This document shows, piece after piece, positions 57,415 to 64,000 of a DNA stretch of 64,000 nt. Within the stretch, counting starts at the first letter, position 1; each line of letters opens with the position of its first letter. Below the pieces are notes generated by a model. It was not told the DNA's origin and made no database searches. It saw nothing but the letters and a program-made list of their open reading frames with translations. Both the position numbers and the translations under genes were made by a program. The stretch is taken from positions 64,001 through 128,000 of the forward strand of contig JBBCKI010000030.1 of NCBI GenBank assembly GCA_037190965.1, given 5' to 3'. The DNA comes from Chthoniobacteraceae bacterium (GTDB lineage: Bacteria > Verrucomicrobiota > Verrucomicrobiia > Chthoniobacterales > Chthoniobacteraceae).

Positions 57415-58497
57415 ATGTCCCGTGCATTATCCCCCTTCGGCCCCGGAGTTCTGCGCTTCGCGCTCGCTTGGGTGGTCGTTTTGACTCATACGTGTCCGCT
57501 GAAATTGGGGGGATGGGCCGTCTATGTGTTCTTCGTCTTGAGCGGTTACTGGATCACCGCGATGTGGAGCCAAAAATATTCCCTTTGCAAGGCTCCCTAT
57601 GCAACGTTCCTCACCAGCCGGTACTGGCGCATCATTCCCCTCTTTCTGGTGTGCAATGCCATCGGGGCCGCGATGGTTTTCCTTGCCCCTCACTGGTTTC
57701 CCGCGAACGCGGCGGAAATCTATAATCCCGTATGGTGGGTTCGAGCGGTCCTGCTGGCGGGCTCCTCGAAACAGTTTCTTCTGCTGCCCCCGGCCTGGTC
57801 ACTCGACATCGAGATGATCTTTTACATTATCGCTCCCTTCCTGGTCACCGGAGGGTTGATTTCGTCGCGCTGGATTCCCCGTTCGAAGATGCCTCTTTTC
57901 CTTGCCTCGATGACGATCGCACTGCTCTGCGTCTGGCTCTTTACCGGGATAAAGACGGGGCGCAATCTCTCCTGCTTTTTCGCAGGAGCCCTGGCCTTTG
58001 AATGCCAGTGGCGCCCGTCGCGCAAAATGGCGCTCTCATCGGCCGGTTTTCTAGGAGGCGCCATTGCTCTGGGGCTGTGCTTCCCCACCACGCGGGTCTT
58101 CATCTGGAGCGCGGGCGCTCTTCCAAGCGATCAATGGATGAGCCGGTTGTGCCTGGTCGTCGCCGCTACCTTCGTGTTTATCCCGTTTGCGATTCATACC
58201 GTTTACCAATCCAGCTCCAAACTGGACCGAACGCTGGGCGACATGGCATACGCCGTCTACATTTCCCATTATTTGGTCATTTTCGGATTCGAGAATACGT
58301 TCCGCGGCAGCACTTCGACGTCCATCTCCCTTCTGATCCAGTATACCGCAATCCTGTTGAGCTCCTTCCTTCTCTATCGCTATGTCGAAGGCCCCTCCGA
58401 GCGGCTGCGGCGCAACTTTGTGAGTTCACGCAAGAAGCAACCCGGCACATTGGCTCCCAAAGCGGGCGTATTGGCTCACGAAGCCGAAGCAAAGTAG
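57415..58497 (+). CDS. Acyltransferase_3 (OafA-like) membrane O-acyltransferase
   Basis: LRFALAWVVVLTH, FFVLSGY, RYWRIIP, AWSLDIEMIFY, LGDMAYAVYISH, YVEGP. Confidence 0.9.
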   Translation: MSRALSPFGPGVLRFALAWVVVLTHTCPLKLGGWAVYVFFVLSGYWITAMWSQKYSLCKAPYATFLTSRYWRIIPLFLVCNAIGAAMVFLAPHWFPANAAEIYNPVWWVRAVLLAGSSKQFLLLPPAWSLDIEMIFYIIAPFLVTGGLISSRWIPRSKMPLFLASMTIALLCVWLFTGIKTGRNLSCFFAGALAFECQWRPSRKMALSSAGFLGGAIALGLCFPTTRVFIWSAGALPSDQWMSRLCLVVAATFVFIPFAIHTVYQSSSKLDRTLGDMAYAVYISHYLVIFGFENTFRGSTSTSISLLIQYTAILLSSFLLYRYVEGPSERLRRNFVSSRKKQPGTLAPKAGVLAHEAEAK

Positions 58498-58637
58498 GTG
58501 CGCGCACGCGCTGGCGCTGCGCAAAATCCCCACGGCAGTACTTGCGCCGCATCGAGGATTTACACACTGCCCGAGCTGAAGGGCTGAGCAACGGCCCGCC
58601 GTCGCAAAGCAATGGCTACAGAATTAACTAGATCGCT

Positions 58638-58848
58638 CTAGTGTCCTGTCAGGGATGTCATTCAAATAAACAGGGGGCATCATTCTGTCGTGGAAGGCGC
58701 CACGAGAGAAGCCAAGCACTCTGCCAAAGCGGCGGAAGGGCTGCCCCTTGTGAATAAAGTTAACTCTTGATGCCGCATTCAATCCACTGTGATCTGGATC
58801 ACGCGATACCCGTGGATTGATCAAAGAACTTGCCTGGTAGGACACTAG
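58638..58848. mobile_element. Non-autonomous IS630-type MITE (~210 bp)
   Basis: Ends CTAGTGTCCTGTCAGG / CCTGGTAGGACACTAG (14/16 inverted match); CTAG at both ends; no transposase. Confidence 0.7.
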
Positions 58849-60002
58849 GGCTTCAGTGCTTCCAAAACCGGTTCCGCTTCTTCTGCGGGGGATCGGCGCG
58901 ATCTCAGGGCAGCAAATTGGTTGCTGAGGATTTTTCCAAGCCGAATGCCCGGTTTCTCCACCAGATAATAAGAAATGGTGGAAAGAATGATCGTCAAACC
59001 CAGCATGATTGCCAGGGCGATAAAGCGGATCAAATTATCTCCCTGCACCCCTGCGTTATTGAGCTGCCGGATGCAAAAGGGCGTCACCGTCAGCAAAATG
59101 GTGAAATGAAACAAATAAACGCTGTATGAAATCTGCCCGAAAAAGCGAAGTACGCGGATCGACAAAAACTGCTGAAGCGTTCGCATCTGAAGCACGCACA
59201 CCAGAAGGAGAGCGACCCCGACTCCTCCAACGTACCATTGGAGGAATTTTCGAAGGCCATCGGTCTGCGCGCAATGGTGCGCTTCGCATAAAACCACGGC
59301 GAACAGCAAGCAACAGGCCGGCACCCACCGTGGCCAGCGGCGAAAAATCCGGTCAAGCTGGAGATGGTGTTTGGCGATCAAAACCCCCAGGGAAAACTGA
59401 AACAAAGCGGAAGACAGGCGGAATCCACCAATCGCTAGCGCGCAGAAAACCATTAGCCAGACAGAGCTGCGCGTCGCAATCAGGATAAGAATGGGCATCA
59501 GGAACGAATACCGAACTTCCTCCCGCAAGGTCCAATCCTGCGGCAACAGACGATGCGGCGTCCCCGCATTCAAAGTGGCCTGCTTCAGAACGTCCACCAA
59601 GCTGAAATCATGGCTCCAGATCCCTAGCGCCCATTCCGATGCCGGCGGTCGGGTCTCGTAAGGAACATAGAGATAACGGTAGCACACCGCGCTCAAAAGA
59701 AGGGCGAACCAGAAGGCGGGAAAAATCCGGGTAATTCGCAGAATATAAAACGAGCCCAGCGAGAATGACTCGTGCCCTTTCAAGCCAAGCGTCATCTCAT
59801 GCCTCCAAGCCAGCACGAATCCACTAAGGACGAAAAATAACGAGACTGCTGTCGCCCCGTCGTAAACGATCCTCAGCGGGTGTATGATCGGCGCGTTCCC
59901 CCAATTGAAGAACCCGCCGTATCCCCCAAAAAAATGGGAAAAAATGACGGCCAGGGCGGCCAGGCCCCGGAGACTGTCGAGATATTCGATTCTTTTTCCC
60001 AT
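58845..60002 (-). CDS. Acyltransferase_3 (OafA-like) membrane O-acyltransferase
   Basis: LDSLRGLAALAVIFSH, FFVLSGF, RITRIFP, WTLREE, GQISYSVYLFH, VEKP. Confidence 0.93.
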   Translation of the reverse strand: MGKRIEYLDSLRGLAALAVIFSHFFGGYGGFFNWGNAPIIHPLRIVYDGATAVSLFFVLSGFVLAWRHEMTLGLKGHESFSLGSFYILRITRIFPAFWFALLLSAVCYRYLYVPYETRPPASEWALGIWSHDFSLVDVLKQATLNAGTPHRLLPQDWTLREEVRYSFLMPILILIATRSSVWLMVFCALAIGGFRLSSALFQFSLGVLIAKHHLQLDRIFRRWPRWVPACCLLFAVVLCEAHHCAQTDGLRKFLQWYVGGVGVALLLVCVLQMRTLQQFLSIRVLRFFGQISYSVYLFHFTILLTVTPFCIRQLNNAGVQGDNLIRFIALAIMLGLTIILSTISYYLVEKPGIRLGKILSNQFAALRSRRSPAEEAEPVLEALKP

Positions 60003-60061
60003 AATTTGAGAAATCGCGAGAGCATCCCATCGCTCCGTGAAGGCCGAAGCCGTGGCTGTAA

Positions 60062-61357
60062 TTAGTCTGCCATCCCGTGAACCTGTGCGGCGACTTTGAG
60101 CCGGAGAGCGTTGAGGTTGATGAACCCGGTGGCGTCGGACTGATTATACGCCTTGGTGGGGTCGGCTTCCATCGTGGCGATGTGCGGGTTGTAGAGGCTC
60201 ACCGGACTCTTGCGGCCTGCGGTGATCAAATTACCCTTGTAGAGTTTGAGGCGAACCACACCGGTGACATTCTTCTGTGACTCGGTGACAAGCGCCTGCA
60301 ACGCCTCGCGCTCGGGAGAGAACCAGAACCCGTAGTAAACCAACTCGGCGTATTTCGGGATGAGGGAGTCGCGCAGATGCATGACCTCGCGGTCCATCGT
60401 CAACGATTCCACTTGCCGATGACCGTAGTGCAGAATCGCGCCGCCGGGAGTTTCGTAAACGCCACGGCTCTTCATACCGACGAACCGGTTTTCCACAAGA
60501 TCAACCCGGCCGACGCCATGCTTGCCGCCGAGCTTGTTGAGAACCTTCATCGCCCAGAGCGGCGAGAGGATGGCGTGGCCCTCCGCGTTGAAACGGACTT
60601 CCTCCGCATAGCCGAGGCTCTTGAGAAGTTCAGCGATGCCTTCGTATCCGATGGCGGTGCAGATTCCTTTTTCAAACGAAAGCTCCACGTACTCCGCCTT
60701 GTCGGGCGCGTCCTCGGGAGAAACCGAAAGGACATACATATCGCGGACCTCCGGAGCGCTGGCGTCAAACCACGGGTCCTCCAGAATGCCGCTTTCGAAA
60801 CTGATATGCAGGAGATTGCGGTCCATCGAGTACGACTTCTTGGCCGAAGCCGCGACCGGAATTTTATTGGCCTCCGCGAAGGCGATCATCTCCGCACGGC
60901 CGGGAAACTGCTCACGGAAGCGTTCCTGCCGCCATGGGGCGATCACTTGGAGGCTAGGCGCGAGCGCGGCGGCGGTCAGTTCGAAACGCACCTGGTCGTT
61001 CCCCTTGCCGGTGGCCCCGTGGGCAACCGCGTCGGCTCCCTCGGCCTTGGCAATTTCGACCATCCGCTTGGCGATCAGCGGGCGGGCGATGCTGGTGCCC
61101 AGAAAATACTGGCCCTCATAAATCGCCCCGGCCTGGATCATTGGGAAAATGAAATCGCGCGCAAATTCTTCGCGCAGGTCGTCGATGTAGCATTTCGACG
61201 CCCCGGTGGTCAGCGCCTTGGTGTCGAGCCCTTCGAGTTCTTCCTCCTGCCCGACATCGGCACAGAAGGCGATAATCTCAGCCTGGTAAGTCTGCTTCAG
61301 CCACTGGAGAAGGACGGAAGTATCGAGCCCGCCCGAGTACGCGACGACAATTTTCAT
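60062..61357 (-). CDS. argG: Argininosuccinate synthase
   Basis: [48 protein letters not shown]. Confidence 0.98.
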   Translation of the reverse strand: MKIVVAYSGGLDTSVLLQWLKQTYQAEIIAFCADVGQEEELEGLDTKALTTGASKCYIDDLREEFARDFIFPMIQAGAIYEGQYFLGTSIARPLIAKRMVEIAKAEGADAVAHGATGKGNDQVRFELTAAALAPSLQVIAPWRQERFREQFPGRAEMIAFAEANKIPVAASAKKSYSMDRNLLHISFESGILEDPWFDASAPEVRDMYVLSVSPEDAPDKAEYVELSFEKGICTAIGYEGIAELLKSLGYAEEVRFNAEGHAILSPLWAMKVLNKLGGKHGVGRVDLVENRFVGMKSRGVYETPGGAILHYGHRQVESLTMDREVMHLRDSLIPKYAELVYYGFWFSPEREALQALVTESQKNVTGVVRLKLYKGNLITAGRKSPVSLYNPHIATMEADPTKAYNQSDATGFINLNALRLKVAAQVHGMAD

Positions 61358-61368
61358 AGAGGCGCGGA

Positions 61369-61410
61369 TTGAATCCGAAATCCCGTGCTTGAGCGAGCGG
61401 AATTGCGCAA
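61369..61410 (-). promoter_or_regulatory. Conserved 42-bp upstream element (copy 2, before argG)
   Basis: 34/42 gapless identity to 49530-49571; ends 11 nt before the argG ATG. Confidence 0.6.
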
Positions 61411-61416
61411 AATCAT

Positions 61417-63519
61417 TTATCTCATGGTCGCCTGTTTTTCACCGAACTCAATGCGATAAGTTCGACCCGGTGTTTCGACCTCCACGGCCGGGTCTTTCAT
61501 ACCGGGGATGCGTGAGACGCGGGTGACACCCGTTCCGTCGCCCGAGAGATCATAGACGGCGATGAACCGGGTGGAGCGGGTGTTGCGCCGACGGATGAGC
61601 GTCGGTGTTTTATCGGTGAGACCGTAGCCGATGCCATGGCAGGACAGGAGTTGCTCCCCCGGCTCTCCCAGAAGGTGGACCCGGAGCTTCCCCTTGTCGG
61701 CAAGATAATCCCACTGCGTATCAACCTCCACCTTGCGACCCGTAACGTCGGTGAGATGCGGATAGCCGTCCGAGGTTCCCGCCGCCTGCGGCTTCGCCTC
61801 GGGCAAACCGGAGATCGCCGGCTTCAAGGCAGTGGCCGTTGCGTGAGCCAAAAGATCGATCTGTTCGTCGCGGGAGGCGGTCACGTCGAAAATATCGACC
61901 AGGAAACGCGGGGTCAGCAAAAGATGACGCCGCAACCGGCTGGAAGGATAAGCTCCGTCAGATTGCGCCACCGCCGCCGCGAAGCCGTTGCCTTCGTGCA
62001 AATATAGGAGGCTGCCCGTGGTCGGATGCTGGTTACGCCCCCCGAGCGTGACCGTATTATGCGCCGCCGTGGTTTTGACCCAGGTGGAATATTCTTTGTT
62101 CGAATAAGTCAGGCGGCCCGGGTCTAGCAACCATTCGCGCTCGTTGGCGAAGAGCAGGAGATTGAGTTTGTCGAAATGTCCATGCCCCCCGCCGTGGGGA
62201 CCATAATCCATGAATACGCAGACAGCGTCCTTGCCTGCGCCCAGACGCAGAACCGCCAAACCGGCGTCGGGCAGATCCTCCGAAGCCATCTGAGGCGGCC
62301 ATTCCGGTTTGATCAATTCAGCCGGAAGCTGTGTGAGGGCAGGCCCCAGCAATGACTTTAGCACTTTTTCATCACCCCTCGCCAACACCTGCGCGTAAAA
62401 CGGGTCGCGATAAACGTTCCAAGCCCATCTCCAGGAGCCATCGAACCCACGAATATTGCCGGGATCGGAATCGTTGATGGCGGGCAGGGAGCCGTCGGGA
62501 TAAGCCGCGCGGAGAGGAGCCCTGAAAAGAAGCTTGAATTTTGGCTCTTCCTGCAAAGGCAATCCGAGCCTGCGCGCAGCGTCGACCTGCTCGATCAACG
62601 CCTGCAATGCATACCCATGGTAAGCCAACGTTCCCTCGCACCAGAGCCCTTCGGCTCCGACAGCGCGATCAAGCTGATCGAAAAAACCGCCCCGCATCGT
62701 CAGCACCTTTTCAACCAGCGCCTCATCGGCCAGGACCGAGGCAATGCACATCAGCCCCGCGTTGTACCAAGTCTGGTGATTGCTGATGTCCTGATTGAAA
62801 CGAAGCAAAGTCGCGGCGGTGGGCCGGAAAAAATCGTTCTCAATCGTCGCGCGATCTTCGTCGCTATAAACCGGCGAACTGCGAGTAAGATCATAGGCTT
62901 TGGTAAGATGAGTCGCACCGACGGCTTCATCAAGCGATTGCACATAGCGCCGCCCCCCCAGCGGCGCCAAAAAACCACGCATCCCCCACCGGTCCAGACG
63001 GCCGGGATAGCTGGAGTAATCCTTCGCCAGTTTCAGAAAAATGCGCCTTACCTCGGCGGCATACTTGTCGTCTCCGGTATAAAGATAGGCCCAACCCAGT
63101 TTGAGCGCTGCCGACTCAAGCGCGTAGTGGAGGACCGTCCGGTAAGCGGCGACGGTGCGCGCGTCGGTGAAGATCTTTCCCGTTTTGGGATCCTTGTGCT
63201 CCGTCAGCGAGAGCGGCTCAAGTCGCTCGCCGTTCTCGGGATTGGCATAATAGAAAATCCACGAGCCGTAACCCTCAGGAAGCTCGACCGGATTTGCGAG
63301 CAGTGCATCTCCCTCCTTGATCGCGGCAGTTTTCTTTGCCTCGAACGCAGCCGATGCCCTCTCTTTCCCAAGTTCAGCGGCGGTGGTTGCCAGACGAGGC
63401 GGTGGCTCAAATCGGGGTGCCGGGAGTTCTCCCGCCTGCGCCGCCAGAGGAAGCGCGCCCAGCACAATCGCCATCCATGCTCCCACGGCTCCTCTGCCAA
63501 ATCCAATTTTTGCAAACAT
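61417..63519 (-). CDS. Polysaccharide lyase: alginate-lyase-like plus heparinase II/III-like domains (PL17/PL15-like)
   Basis: Signal peptide; [41 protein letters not shown]. Confidence 0.85.
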   Translation of the reverse strand: MFAKIGFGRGAVGAWMAIVLGALPLAAQAGELPAPRFEPPPRLATTAAELGKERASAAFEAKKTAAIKEGDALLANPVELPEGYGSWIFYYANPENGERLEPLSLTEHKDPKTGKIFTDARTVAAYRTVLHYALESAALKLGWAYLYTGDDKYAAEVRRIFLKLAKDYSSYPGRLDRWGMRGFLAPLGGRRYVQSLDEAVGATHLTKAYDLTRSSPVYSDEDRATIENDFFRPTAATLLRFNQDISNHQTWYNAGLMCIASVLADEALVEKVLTMRGGFFDQLDRAVGAEGLWCEGTLAYHGYALQALIEQVDAARRLGLPLQEEPKFKLLFRAPLRAAYPDGSLPAINDSDPGNIRGFDGSWRWAWNVYRDPFYAQVLARGDEKVLKSLLGPALTQLPAELIKPEWPPQMASEDLPDAGLAVLRLGAGKDAVCVFMDYGPHGGGHGHFDKLNLLLFANEREWLLDPGRLTYSNKEYSTWVKTTAAHNTVTLGGRNQHPTTGSLLYLHEGNGFAAAVAQSDGAYPSSRLRRHLLLTPRFLVDIFDVTASRDEQIDLLAHATATALKPAISGLPEAKPQAAGTSDGYPHLTDVTGRKVEVDTQWDYLADKGKLRVHLLGEPGEQLLSCHGIGYGLTDKTPTLIRRRNTRSTRFIAVYDLSGDGTGVTRVSRIPGMKDPAVEVETPGRTYRIEFGEKQATMR

Positions 63520-63537
63520 CTGCGAATCCCTTCGTTT

Positions 63538-64000
63538 CTATCGGGTCAACATGGTTGGACGCTGATCGAGGAGCGCCGGCATCACGCTCGGCCGCTGTGC
63601 CATCTCGGCCTTCTTTTCTTCGAGATACCGGTTAAAACCCCGCTCCAGCAGCCTTAGGAGACCGACATGGAAAATGGCATTGGGGAGATCAAGCGAGTAA
63701 CCGCCGAAGATGAAAATGAAAAAGAAAGGGGCAAAAACCATAGGCACCCCGATGAACAGGACGGGAAAGAAATAAGGTGTCCCCCGGCACCGAATAATCA
63801 GGTCATGAGCCGTCTTCACGACGATAAAAGCAAGCAACAGGTATAAGACCAGCCCCACGCCGCCAGCATACCGAATGGTCGAGAGAGGCCCGCTATGAAC
63901 TTCGCCGGTGATCAGAAAGGTTTCCTGAATCGCCCGATAATCCCCCCCATTCGCGGCAGCCACATTCTGTTCGAGGGTTTTCCGCGAGTAACCAAACCCG
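63538..64000 (-). CDS. O-antigen ligase/Wzy-like membrane protein, 3' part (truncated by window edge)
   Basis: The frame is open to the edge (GFGYSRK...); GEVHSGPLS motif followed by TM helices. Confidence 0.65.
   Translation of the reverse strand, partial: GFGYSRKTLEQNVAAANGGDYRAIQETFLITGEVHSGPLSTIRYAGGVGLVLYLLLAFIVVKTAHDLIIRCRGTPYFFPVLFIGVPMVFAPFFFIFIFGGYSLDLPNAIFHVGLLRLLERGFNRYLEEKKAEMAQRPSVMPALLDQRPTMLTR

Noticed and set aside
1..64000. CRISPR array, prophage, toxin-antitoxin or defence genes
   Set aside because: The repeats are dispersed palindromes rather than regularly spaced direct repeats; no cas, structural phage or recognisable defence ORFs.

Overview
GC-rich bacterial chromosome segment, most likely Verrucomicrobiota (Spartobacteria/Chthoniobacterales-like), judged from a Verru_Chthon D-B-C-A pilin-like cassette and typical PVC hypothetical genes. 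Most of the window is housekeeping: rhaA, purH, pdxJ, acpS, aroD, tRNA-fMet, rex, def, msrA, CBS-PPase, lpxD-skp-bamA, mqnC, pyrD, glmS, glgC, lptF/G, a DinG-like helicase and argG. Envelope and polysaccharide genes are also present. The unusual signals are mostly non-coding or architectural. (1) A gapless 42-bp element (34/42 identical) sits just upstream of both pyrD and argG. (2) A family of ~150-165 bp GTAG-type REP-doublet (REPIN-like) elements occurs with all copies in one orientation, along with two further palindromic repeat families. (3) A low-GC islet between acpS and gspF carries a degenerate integron attC site. (4) A ~210-bp IS630-type MITE lies between two acyltransferase genes. 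(5) A candidate ~70-nt sRNA or attenuator has its own promoter and terminator. (6) A sigma54 promoter with enhancer and IHF-like sites precedes a tandem pair of paralogous porin-like genes. (7) A TerC-CBS-PTS EIIA fusion lies downstream of a divergent sigma70 factor and a YugP-like peptidase. (8) A lysine-2,3-aminomutase-type radical SAM gene has no recognisable pathway partners nearby. All family assignments come from motifs recognised by eye; no searches were run.
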